Program-made: the position numbers and the translations under genes
Notes under the pieces: generated by a model
Databases searched by the model: none
What the model was told of the DNA's origin: nothing
The model's input: only the letters and a program-made list of their open reading frames with translations
In this document: positions 13,140-24,569 of the stretch, one piece after another
How the letters are laid out: every line of letters begins with the position of its first letter
Position numbering within the stretch: the first letter of the stretch is position 1
Assembly: GCA_002269645.1 (NCBI GenBank)
Contig: NIVC01000700.1
Span: 186,001-250,000, forward strand
Source: Macrostomum lignano
Lineage: Eukaryota
Direction of reading: 5' to 3'
DNA length: 64,000 nt

Positions 13140-13438
13140 ATTGATAATTGATTACATCTGCCCCAATTGGGCCAGGTGTGCAACCGACAGCTCAGCCGCA
13201 GCTATTGCGCGGCGCATCTGAAGGCTGCGTACGGCTGTTCAGTCCAAGGACTGGGAGGTCGCCACACGCACCCAATTATCCCAGCTAATGCTGGCTCCCA
13301 TTTTACAGCTGGGTGAACTGAGGCAATGCAGAGTTAAGTGTCTTGCTCAATAACACAAATTGTTCCGGTAAGATTGGGAATCGAACCCCCGACCTTCAAG
13401 TTGTGAGTCCGACGCTCTGACCACTAGGCAACAGCCCC
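13140..13438 (-). mobile_element. tRNA-derived CORE-SINE (MIR-like core)
   Basis: The reverse strand begins GGGGCTGTTGCCTAGTGGTCAGAGC (A box) ... GGTTCGATTCCC (B box). It continues TGTGTTATTGAGCAAGACACTTAACTCTGCATTGCCTCAGTTCACCCAGCTGTAAAATGGG, closely resembling the MIR/CORE consensus, and ends in an ATT-rich tail. Confidence 0.8.
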
Positions 13439-13444
13439 TAATAG

Positions 13445-13610
13445 ATCGTTTAATTCTAATACTCGGTTAATTTGAATATCGATACATATCGTTTAATTTT
13501 AATATCGATATATATTGGTTAATTCAAATATCGATACGTATCGGTTAATTCAAATATCGATACATATCGTTTGATTCGAATATCGATACATATCGTTTGA
13601 TTCGAATTTT
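13445..13610. repeat. ~26-bp repeat rich in ATCGAT palindromes, adjacent to the SINE head
   Basis: ATATCGATACATATCG(G/T)TTAATT units. Confidence 0.8.
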
Positions 13611-14840
13611 CACGCTGTAAAATCTAAAATTGTGTTGAATACTTATAGTAAGTAGTAAGTAGGTACTTTGTATGCTTATAGCTAGTTAATTCTTAATTTT
13701 GTGATACAATGCAATCTGAAATTGCATCACCTGTGTTCCTTTTAAGTGTTTCTAATTGATTTGAACTCTCCTTATTGAGAATGACTTGCATGTAAATTTT
13801 GCGTAAATAAGATAAAATAAAATTGCTGAGTCATGCTTTATTACACGGGTTCTGGTAAGCTTTACATGCTGCTATAAATCTATTGTTATCTCAAAGCTAT
13901 TTGGTAGCGTTTACAATTCCAGTTATAGATTTGACATGCGCCGGTTCAAACCGGTTTTCTGACACTAGTCTAGCTTACACGTGTAAGATACTATATGACT
14001 GCGGCACTGACTGAACATTGCCGCTCAAGTCTTCAATAGGCACCGCATGCTGTTAGTGTTAATCAGTGTGCAGGAAGATTTCCGGACTATGGAATATCAT
14101 GGAGGGGGTAGAGAGAGAAGTTTAATTTTGCTACGAGAAAATCCCCCCTAGTGTGGGTTTTAACCGGGTTTTAAGCACAAACTAAGCAGTCAGTCCAAGG
14201 AAAAGAGCGCCTACGTTCAAGGAGTACAAATTGTTATTCTGGAGTGGAAATCTTTGACCGAATTGTCCGAAGCGCATAGCTGACTCTACTTAAATTAATA
14301 AGCTGTCAGGTGTAGGGCAAGACGTAATAAAGTACAATAAAATTCAAGAACTACTACAGAGCAAACATCTGGATTGGAAGCTTCAATTTGTTTTTTTGAT
14401 TTTGAATTAATCTAAAGCTTATATGCTATCTATAGAAATGCCTACAGCTCAAGGAGTTCTGAAAAGAAAACCAAGTATCTGGATTGGAAATCATTCTAAC
14501 TTGTCAGAGGTTCAGAGTGTTTTTCATATTTTCCAATTGACGAACGCTTTATTGGTAGTTTCCACTCCAGATAGCTTTGGGTCTCTAGTGGTCCTCGGCC
14601 GCCACCCAACACACGCCACGCCAGCCAATGCCAGTGCAAATGCAGCCTGTGTAATTCTGAATGCAATGGAAAATTACTCATTTCCATTCGTAGCTATTAT
14701 CTCTGCACCCCTCCCTCCACGCCACTCGGGCTTTTAAACCGCGTAATAAAAGCATTTGGAGTGAAGAGAAGTTTCATTGGCGCACGATTTACAGGGCAGC
14801 CAACAACAGCACAGAGAATTAACCAGCCACCGGGATCGCT

Positions 14841-16466
14841 ATGACAGACTATCACGGCTACGCTACATTTCAAGAGTTCCTGGACAATGTCCAGTATTCT
14901 CGAATCGGCATTCTGAGCTACGAGAAGATCTTCGGTCACACCTACGTTAGCACTGGCGGAGAGGACACCACTAATGATCTGTGCTCGGCGCTGAGTCTGG
15001 GGCCCGACAGCTCCGTGCTGGACATCGGCTGCGGCATCGGCGGCAGCGCCTTCTATCTGGCAAGAAAGTACGGCTGCCGGGTCGAGGCCATCGACTTGTC
15101 CAAGAATATGCTGGACATCGGCATGGAGCGGCTCAAGGAGCAGGTTGAGAAGGGTGAGCCTCGATTGTGGAGAGATTAGAGTGTATTGCTAGTCTAGTGC
15201 CTTTCTGAGGAACTAAAGATGCGTAAATGGATTGCTAATCTAGCCAATATTATTCGTTAAGGAATAAAATGGATTGCTAATCTAGGTAACATTATGATTA
15301 AAAGAATAAAATGGATTGCTAATCTAGCCAACATTGTTCGTTAAGGAATAAAATGGATTGCTAATCTAGCCAACATTATTCATTAAGGAATAGAATGGAT
15401 TGCTAATCTAGCCAACAGTATTCATTAAGGAATGGAATGGATTGCTAATCTACTTTCCAGCCGGCCTGCGCGAAGATCAAGTCCGCCTCGTCCTGGCCGA
15501 CTGCACCACCGTGGACTACCCAGAGGCCTCATTCGACCTGGTGTACAGCCGGGACACCATCCTGCACATCGCCGACAAGGCCACTCTGTATCAGCGCTGC
15601 CTGCGCTGGCTGAAGCCGGGCGGCCAGCTGCTGGTCACGGACTACTGCTGCGGTGAGAAGCCCTGGCCAGACGATTACGCGGCCTACGTGAAGCAGCGAG
15701 GCTACCACCTGCTGACCGTGCCGGAGTACGGCGCCGTCCTGTCAAGCGTCGGTTTCACTGATGTCGAAGCTATCGACTTCACCGACCGGTTTCGCCGAGC
15801 CCTGGTCGACGAGCAGTCCCGGGTGGTGGGACTGCGCGAGCAGTTTCTTAAGGTGAGAGGCCAATGCACGTTGGTGGGTCATGATTCTAGCAATCAACCC
15901 CATCCTCGTTGCAAATAGTCCCTCCCAATCCTAGCTGCATGTAAGAGGCTCTTAAAGTACAAAGGTTAAAGTGATTAAAGTTACGTGACTTAAGGTCACG
16001 CCATTCAAACTTGCGTGATTCAAGGTCACGTGATTCTAGGTCACGTGGTTCAAAGTCGCGTGATTCAAAGGTCACACGATTCTAACTCACTTGATCCAAG
16101 GTCACGTGATTCAAAGTCACGTCATTCAAAGTCACGTCATTCAAACTTGCTTGATTCAAGGTCACGTGATTCGAGGTCACGTGATTCAAGGTCACACGAT
16201 TCTAATTCACTTGATTCAAGGTCAAGTCATTCAAACTCGCGTGATTCAAGGTCACGTCATTCAAACTCGCGTGATTCAAGGTCACTCCATTCAACTGTTA
16301 AATGCTGCTGCCTGTTTTAATGAAAGCATTCCCCGAAACCGAATTTCACCAGGATGTTGGCGAACAGATGTACCAGTACATCCTGGACGGTTGGGGCGCC
16401 AAAATCGGACGAGTGGACCGGGGCTGCCAGCGTTGGGGCCTGTTCAAGGCTAGGAAGCCGCTTTGA
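14841..16466 (+). CDS. PMT: Phosphoethanolamine N-methyltransferase, single domain (272 aa). Exons: 14841-15153, 15461-15852, 16353-16466
   Basis: FQEFLDNVQYSRIGILSYEKIFG..YVSTGG, SAM motif VLDIGCGIGG, YSRDTILHI, WLKPGGQLLVTDYC and terminal GW..KIGRVDRGCQRWGLFKARK match the C-terminal (MT2) domain of plant PEAMT. Junction phases (1, 0) are consistent. Confidence 0.93.
15220..15450. repeat. Minisatellite in PMT intron 1; reverse complement of the 960-1920 family
   Basis: ATGGATTGCTAATCTAGCCAAC units are the reverse complement of GTTGGCTAGATTAGCAATCCAT. Confidence 0.93.
15975..16295. repeat. 15-bp minisatellite (GATTCAAGGTCACGT) in PMT intron 2
   Basis: Degenerate tandem array. Confidence 0.9.
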
Positions 16467-19351
16467 ATACGAACTGTTTCTAATGCAGACTATATTAATA
16501 CATAGTGCACTTGTCAGACTCTCCATTTTGTATGCGTATAATTATGGTAATTGTGTTTTTGATTAGATTATCATATTTTTCAACAGTTGCGTTTTTAGCA
16601 AATAAACCAATTTCATTATAATCCCATAGTCTGATTGAATTCTCAGTTCGCAGATTCGCACAAAGAGTCAGATGTACTCTGGTTTTGATTTTCACCAATA
16701 TTAATCTTTTAACGGTGATTTTTCTTATTAGTTTTCTTTGCCCCCTACTATTAGTAGCTCAAATATATAAATGTGTGTGATTCTGATTGGCGCACGCATG
16801 CATTTTTGTAAGCCGTCGAAAATTAACTCTGGCTGTTTCTCTGTGTCGTGGTAGCAACGCGATTCTCTTTATTGCTGTCAAATATACAGTAAAAGCATTA
16901 ATGAATTTCTGCTTGTGCCATTTAACCTTTAAAATAATTTGAATAGCAATTTGCTTTTGTTTTTGCTTCATTTTATTGGCCTTCCAAATTCCAGTCAATA
17001 CCGGTAAATTTCCTTGAAGATTTCCTTAAAGTTTGAGCTGATCCATATTGCAGACATTGGTTAATCTTGATGAAGTCTGTGAATCCACCTTAGTGGCTGA
17101 AAAGTTGAATTTTTATCTTGGTCTTGATCACACATAAACACTAGGGCCATTTAGCTATATTTGCTTGGTAAAACTGTTTTCCTACTTTTAGTTCAGTAGT
17201 AGTAAGAAAGAATGCGTAAGCTATTTTATAAAAATGAAGGCATTTAAGGTGACTTGCAGACGTAAACAGCCTACTGCTTTTGGTGCAGCCGTAATAATGA
17301 TATGTACATTAGGCCAGCGCTACTGCAAGTGTACATAGCAGGCAGCTTTAGGCTGGAACACCGGGGCTAGGAAGGCAATAAAAATTGATTGGTTGGTGGT
17401 TTTGGTGTGAAAAAACGCGCTCGGAGGGGTTCAGCTGGGGGGGGGTATCTAAAATACATACATGGCATTAAAATGCTTCTACATGTATATTTAGCCTAAT
17501 AAACTGACAGTAGCTAACGCGCGAATGTGCTTCTTGATTCATAATCTTTATCGTTTTCTTTAAATTTACATGTACTGTCAATAATTGGCATGCAGTACCT
17601 GCGGCTTTTTGCGGAGCTAGTACATAGTACGCTTGTTACATAGATTCAGATGAAAAATTCGTTAAAAGCAATTTTTCTTCAACGATTGAAATCCAGTAAT
17701 CTTCTTATCGCAAAATGTTTCGACTGTACTGTACATGTAAAATATTGTTCGCATTGACAGAGAAAGTTAAGGTAACGTTTGAAGCTATTGGTCGGCTGGA
17801 ATGAATTAAATCGTGTAAATAGTGTCGAGATTTTTTGGTAACTCTGCGTTGGATAACAAATTAATGGGAGGGTTGGGTTTAGGGTAATGACTAGGATTAC
17901 TGGGCTGTGGTTTGATAATATTTTGCGATTTTAATATAGCTTCCGGAGTTCCTGAGATGCAGTTCCCGGGGAAATCCGGCTAGAGTTTTGGGAATGGCAT
18001 TTCTCTTCCAACGGAGGAGTGGCGTCGTGAGTTTAACTTTTGCAGAAAAAGCTTTTAAAATCAATAAAGCAGGGTATATTTCTACGAGTGTACTAAAAGA
18101 TGAGCTTTAGATCTGCATCCAATATCGCTATTTCCGTTCCAAAAATGAGAGAGTTCTTATCTCTATAGTGTACTTTTTGCGTTAACCAAGCCTCTAAAAC
18201 ATTTCTAAAAACGAATTTTCTCGTCAGGTCAAGTCTGCACTCTCTCTAATCAACATCTACATCTACATCAACATGAGGGGTGAAACACATCGAACTCTTA
18301 ACTTATACATTCTTATATGTTCCTGATGTTAAAAATTCATTAACAAAAAAACTGGCTTAGATAATGAACACAAGGTTTAATATAATTTTATACTTTGTTT
18401 GAGAATTCGTGCTTGAGTGCGAATGAATGTTCAGGTTTTTTATTTGCTGATGTGATTTCATGTATCTATTTTATATGTATACTTAAACTCATTATAAAGC
18501 TTGTCATAAGATGCTTATCTCATACAGATACTCAAATTTATACCGCTTTGTTATAGTTTATGAAATGTCAGAGCCTATAAAATAACGAAAATAAATTCGA
18601 ACATTTTCAAAATCACACGTGCAATATTTCTAAAAAAACTCTCCTAGCCCACCGTGAGAATTACATCAATTAGTGATATTAAAAACTTTTCATAAGTACA
18701 AACAGCTCCTTTTCAAATATATTCTATTTCAATAGTACTTTAATAACTAGCATCCTAAGTTTGTAACTTAATTGTTTATGCTAATTAACTAGTAAGTAGT
18801 AATTGATTGTAATGGTTTTTTTGTCAAATAAAATATTGGCTTCAAACAACTGCTTCATGTTTGGATTGTTTGTTATACACATGTAAATATATTATTTACT
18901 TAATAGAAACAGGCAAATTTTGCATTTCCACTTTACACTTTTCTATTGCTGATCAGATGTAAAAAGTAACCTTTAGATTGAATGCCTATGTTTTATATTT
19001 ATATTATTACAAATAAATAACAATAGACTAAAGCATAATTTTAATAATCCTATTTTTAACCTTATAAAAATACATGTATAGTCTGCTAATATATATTTTA
19101 AATGCAATTTAACAACATTGTGTCGAAATTGGTAATTTAAATCAGTCTCTCTTGAAATGATGTGGTTTATTTCAATTAAAGTAAAAGAATGCACATTATT
19201 ACAATATTTCAATATTTCATTAGTGTAAATAATATTGTTAAATAGTTTTTATAATTACAAAAAAATAAAGTAATAATAGTTATTACTTTGTTATAATTAT
19301 TATACTTATAATTATTCAATTATTAAATTATTTCTGATATAAGTTTTTAAG

Positions 19352-19373
19352 CTACTAATTCCTTCACTGTCAG
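19352..19373 (+). promoter_or_regulatory. 3' splice acceptor (branch point TACTAAT, pyrimidine tract, CAG) 18 nt upstream of the DEG/ENaC ATG; cis 5'-UTR intron or trans-splice site
   Basis: GCTACTAATTCCTTCACTGTCAG|AAAATAATATAATATTGCATG. Confidence 0.6.
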
Positions 19374-19391
19374 AAAATAATATAATATTGC

Positions 19392-22376
19392 ATGGCTTGC
19401 AGCAATGAGAAGCACGATTGCTGCGGCTGCTGCCCAGCTAAGTTGTGCAACAGCCGAACTACCGCCGCCCTTAGCGGCACAGTGCTCACCATTCTGGCCG
19501 GCAGCACCGCCCACGGCATCAGCAGGGCGGCAGCGTCACACAGCACCCCGATGCGGGCCATGTGGCTGCTGCTGTTCCTGGTGTTCCTCGGCCTGTTCTT
19601 CAACAACGCCAGCACTTTGGTCAGGCGGCTCAGCGAGAACAAAATCAGCAAGTCGTACGAGTTGGACAAGGTTCCGTTCGTTTTTCCCGACTTGTACTTT
19701 TGCCCAATTAACCCGTACTCGGGCAGCTTCCCGTTCGTCCTGAGCACCGAGGAGGCCCGCCAGGTGAACCAGGAGATCAGACGGCTCGGAAAACTCTACG
19801 ACGATGTTTTCGGCAACTCGAGCGGTGAGATGCACATGAGCCTGAAGTCGCGGGCCTCGTTCATCCAGAACTCGCTACCGGTGGACCTCATCACCAAGTA
19901 CCTGACGCATCGCAAGTCTCAATCCATCCTGCGGTGCAACATCTCCTCCCTGCACGAGACCTTCAGCGTGGCCGTGGAGGAGTTCAGCCATCCAGAGAAC
20001 CTCATCTGCTTCAAGCTCGTCCTGACCGAGGAGCAGCGGCACCAGATGGAGACCAAGATGTACAAGCTGGAGGTTCAGCTGTCGGCGGATCCGTACTTCA
20101 AGGACTTCTCCTACTCCGGGCACCACATCAAGCCCATGGTTGACCCCGACTCTGGTGAGGAGATTCTTTACCAGGACTGGCACCCCACCGTCGGCATCGA
20201 GAAGCTCAAGAGCTCCGGCTTCACCATGCTGATAGTGCAGAACGGCACCTATCCGTCGTTCGATCACGAGACCAGCTTCCTGCTGGCGCCTGGCAAGTCC
20301 TACACCGTCAGTCTCGAGATGGAGGAGAACTTTTTCAGCCACGATCTGCACGGCACCAACTGCTCGGTGAACAATCCGAATGTCACCTTCAAGGACTACT
20401 TGACAGACGAGAAAGTGAACTTCACCTACAGCTACGCGGCCTGTTACTATCACGAGATGACCAAGCAGCTGCTAAAAGAGCTGGACTGCGTGTTCTCTCA
20501 CTACCCCATCATCTGGAGCATGCGGCACGCCAAGCGCTGCTTCAACATGTCCGAATCCAGCAAGCGGAGCATACAGGCCCTGAAGAACAAGCCAATCGAC
20601 TGGAAGCAGATCGAAGCCGATGTGAAGCGGATCTGCCGGCTGTCCCAGCCCTGCCAGCACCCGGAGTACAGCGCGTCCTTCTCGTTCGCCACCTGGCCCA
20701 GCGTTGGCAGCTCGGCAGTGAGCTACTTCGCCAGAATGCCGCTGCTCAACGACAGTGAGCACCTGGCGCCGGCTATTGCAGAGCTGATCAAAATTGCCAA
20801 GCAGTTGGACAGCGGTGAGTGTACAGCTGGCGGTCTGCATGAAGAACTGTCTTTCACTCTTTCTGCTCACTTTCTGGACATCCGCATAGGAATGAAGCAA
20901 GCCAGGCTTATATTCTCGGAAGTGCTACCGGAGACCGGAAAGGGAGCTGAGGTTTTTTAGAGATGGTTTGTTCTAGTCGGATTTCTTCGACCTAGAAGGC
21001 AGGCAGTCAAATGACAGGCAGTCAAATGACAGGCAGTCAAATTACAGACAGTCAAATGACAGGCAGTCAAATTATAGGCAGTCAAATTACAGACAGTCAA
21101 ATTACAGGCAGTCAAATTACAGGCAGTCAACTTACAGGCAGTCAACTTACAGGCAGTCAAATGACAGGCAGTCAACTTACAGGCAGTCAAATGACAGGCA
21201 GTAAAATGACAGGCAGTCAAATTACAGACAGTCAAATTACAGACAGTCAAATTATAGGCAGTCAAATTACAGACAGTCAAATTACAGGCAGTCAAATTAC
21301 AGGCAGTCAACTTACAGGCAGTCAACTTACAGGCAGTCAAATGACAGGCAGTCAACTTACAGGCAGTCAAATGACAGGCAGTCAAATGACAGGCAGTCAA
21401 ATGACAGGCAGTCAAATGACAGGCAGTCAAATTACAGACAGTCAAATTACAGACAGTCAAATTACAGGCAGTCAACTTACAGGCAGTCAACTTACAGGCA
21501 GTCAGATGACAGGCAGTCAAATTACAGGCAGTCAAATGACAGGCAGACAAATGACAGGCAGTCAACTTACAGGCAGTCAAATGACAGGCAGTCAACTTAC
21601 AGGCAGTCAAATTACAGGCAGTCAAATGACAGGCAGTCAAATTACAGACAGTCAAATTACAGACAGTCAAATTACAGGCAGTCAACTTACAGGCAGTCAG
21701 ATGACAGGCAGTCAAATTACAGGCAGTCAAATGACAGGCAGTCAAATGACAGGCAGACAAATTATAGGCAGTCAAATGACAGGCAGTCAAATTACGACAG
21801 TCAAATTATAGGCAGTCAAATTACAGGCAGTCAAATGACAGGCAGTCAAATGGCAGGCAGTCAAATGGCAGGCAGTCAGATGACAGGCAGTCAAATTACA
21901 GGCAGTCAAATGACAGGCAGTCAAATGACAGGCAGACAAACTCTGCAAAAAATCCTTTGTTTATACCAATTTTGAGCTCTTGCTCTAACAGTTTCTACTC
22001 AATATTGAGCAGCTTCTCGTCACTCTCGCGGCAAGCAGGTGAGCATCCGGCCCACCTGGAAGGCGTGTTCCGGTCCTACATCGCCGAGTCAATGGTCAGC
22101 GTCACCATTGCGCCGAGTAGCACAGTCTCGCCGCAGGTGGTCATCTCTCGCTCCTATTCGTTCACCGCCTTTCTGGCGGACACAGGCGGCCTACTGGGAC
22201 TGTACATCGGCTGCAGCCTGCTGACTGTCTGCGAGATATTCGAGCTTTTCTACAGTCTGGTCGAAAAGCTCAGATCGAGTGGCGGCAAAAAGACACCGGC
22301 AAACTGCCAAACAGAATTAGAGATGCAGGCCGATGGTGCCGCCGAGTCGCTTGTCCGGCCGCCGCCTTCCGCGTGA
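19392..22376 (+). CDS. DEG/ENaC (amiloride-sensitive sodium channel family) subunit, about 586 aa. Exons: 19392-20814 and 22039 (or 22036)-22376
   Basis: Pre-TM1 STAHG motif, TM1 MWLLLFLVFLGLFF, FPDLYFCPINPY (FPAVTxCNxN-like) and TM2 FLADTGGLLGLYIGCSLLTVCEIFE with the GxS filter. Donor G|GTGAGT at 20815 is in phase with acceptor CAG|GT at 22038. Confidence 0.9.
20995..21940. repeat. 15-bp minisatellite (ACAGGCAGTCAAATG/ATT/CTT) in the DEG/ENaC intron
   Basis: Directly visible tandem array. Confidence 0.97.
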
Positions 22377-22379
22377 AGT

Positions 22380-22900
22380 TTCTAATGATTTCTTGGAAAT
22401 ACTGATTTCTAGGAAATGTCGATCGATTTCTAGGAAATGCAGACTTCTAGGAAATGTCGATCGATTTCTAGGAAATGCAGACTTCTAGGAAATGTCGATC
22501 GATTTCTAGGAAATGCAGACTTCTAGGAAATGTCGATTTTCAGGAAATACCGGTACAGACTTCCAGGAAATTTCGATTTCTAGGAAATACAGACTTCTAG
22601 GAAATTTTAATTGCTAGGAAATACAGACTTCTAGGAAATGTCGATTTCTAGGAAATACGGACTTCTAGGAAATGTCGATTTCTAGGAAATACAGACTTCT
22701 AGGAAATTTCGATTTCCAGGAAATACAGACTTCTAGGAAATGTCGATTTCTAGGAAATACTGATTTCTAGGAAATACTGATTTCTAGGAAATACTGATTT
22801 CTAGGAAATACTGATTTCTAGGAAATATCGATTACTAGGAAATACTGATTTCTGGGAAATGTAAATTTCTAGAAAAACACGTTCGTAGGAAATTCAGATT
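22380..22900. repeat. Near-palindromic repeat (GATTTCTAGGAAAT core) starting right after the DEG/ENaC stop codon
   Basis: The TTTCTAGGAAA core recurs at about 16-21-bp spacing. Confidence 0.92.
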
Positions 22901-24569
22901 TCTAGTCGTATTAGAAAAAATGATTTCTAAGAAAGATGGATTCATAGAAAATTTAGCTCTCTATGAAAAATGGCTTCCTTGGAGAAATTTGCTTGTAGCA
23001 AAGATGTATTTCGTGGAAATAGGCAATTGTAGAAGAGAGAGATTTCTCAAGACGACACTCTTATAGAATCTAGTGGTTAGTGGTTAGTGTGGTTAAAGAG
23101 AAAGCTTTTTTATTTTTTATTGAAAAGAGTCTTTGAAAACTAGATTTTTAGAAAGTACAAATTTCTATGTAAGAACTGTAAAGCTATCCATATTTAGGTA
23201 ATACTTATTTAATTTCCAGAAAAAACAGTTCCAGCTATTTTTAAACTCTTCTTTCTGCTATGAGTTTATAAAACTTATTTGTGCTACGCTCGTATATGCG
23301 CTGGTAATTGAGACTAGAAACTGAACCAAAGTGCTATTCAAGTTTGGGTCAGATCGTGCAAAGCGCCACGGTGCTACTGGGCCATACAATGATTGTACTT
23401 CATGTTTTTATTCCTTCCAGCCTGCTGTACAGGTGTTTTGGGCCAATTCAGTGAGTAATTTTATCGTCTTGCTGTTGCAAAAAAACTCGCCCTTTATCCA
23501 GGCCAGCCATGCAGGTGGCCAGAAAGCACTGCGCAGTCTTCTTTTAGGGTTGTTTAAGTAGCTCGCTCACTCGCATTGACAGCAGACCGCATCAGAATTT
23601 CTGCTTTTCAATTCTTTATACTGTTAGTCTGCTGGGGTCTGCCCTGTCTGCACTGTACTGCCAGTTTACAATTGCAGCAGCGATTTTTATGGCTAAGGCT
23701 AAGTGGTTAGTCTAAGTGGGGTGGTTTTGCTTCTAAAAGCACACATTTGATAATTTTCCACTTCTAAAGGAGCGAGCCAGATTCGCCAGCAAGAATTATA
23801 AATATAGATTTAGAGAAACTTTGCCCTCTTGACAAGCTAGATGGGTTGCTCTCGTAGAACTCAAGCCGGTTGTAATGTTGCAAACAGTGAGTTTGAAAAC
23901 GGTTGGATATATACCTTATAATTGAATGTAGGTTGTAAAACATTTATAATTGCAAATGCAGCAATTCTAGTGCTTAGCCCTATTGAACATTGTTTCTAAG
24001 AAACAGCAACGATTTCTTTAGTAAATTGTGATTTCTCGAAAGTAAAGATTCTCCAAGAAAATATGCACTTTCTAGGGAATAAAAAACAATTTTCTTCGAC
24101 ATAACGACTTCTACAGAAATATTTTCTAGGAAAGGTTGATGTCCAGAAATTGAAAATTCTTAGAATATTTTATTGTACATCTCAGCAAGTTCTTTTTATC
24201 TGCTGTCCATAGACTTTTTATAGTCTAATAATTTCGTTATGAACTTTTAAAATCGCCAGATAATATATAGACTTTGTTTCGACAATTTTTTATTAGCTAA
24301 AACTGGTAATTTTACGACTTAAGGACTCAACTACGAGTAAAATTGAGCAAAAATTTATGAGATAAGGCGCCAAAGCGGCTGTCTCAACCGTTTCTTCTGC
24401 CACTGCTCTGGCTGATGGCACTGATAAGCCACTGCATTGCTTGCTTCGTTAGTCACTGTGCTCCTCTTTTAGCCATGCCGTACACACCACCTACTTATAA
24501 ATCACCCAGTTTAAAGGGATCATTTTTTAAATAAGTATTGACAATTTCTCCGTAAAAAATTGAGACAAG

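Noticed and set aside
13375-13438. tRNA gene
   Set aside because: A and B boxes are present, but there is no complete cloverleaf or acceptor stem and the sequence continues into a CORE body, so it is a SINE head. The B boxes at about 29115, 34300 and 45060 were treated the same way.
19360-19394. TATTGCATG at the ENaC start resembles the 3' end of flatworm spliced leaders as I recall them (..TTGCATG), suggesting a retroposed SL remnant
   Set aside because: The match is only about 9 nt in AT-rich DNA, the 5' part of an SL is not recognisable, and a strong genomic acceptor 18 nt upstream explains the region more simply.
19536-20900. Several - strand ORFs (99, 192 and 142 aa) overlapping the DEG/ENaC exon
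   Set aside because: Antisense shadows of a GC-rich coding exon. The same applies to shadows over ELOC, PIEZO and the RasGAP.
20815-20960. Read-through tail of the 522-aa ENaC ORF (ECTAGGLHEELSF...)
   Set aside because: It lies after a GTGAGT donor; the TM2 exon at 22039 completes the protein.
21011-21811. (MTGSQ)n 266-aa ORF resembling a repetitive structural or ice-binding protein
   Set aside because: 15-bp minisatellite inside the ENaC intron.
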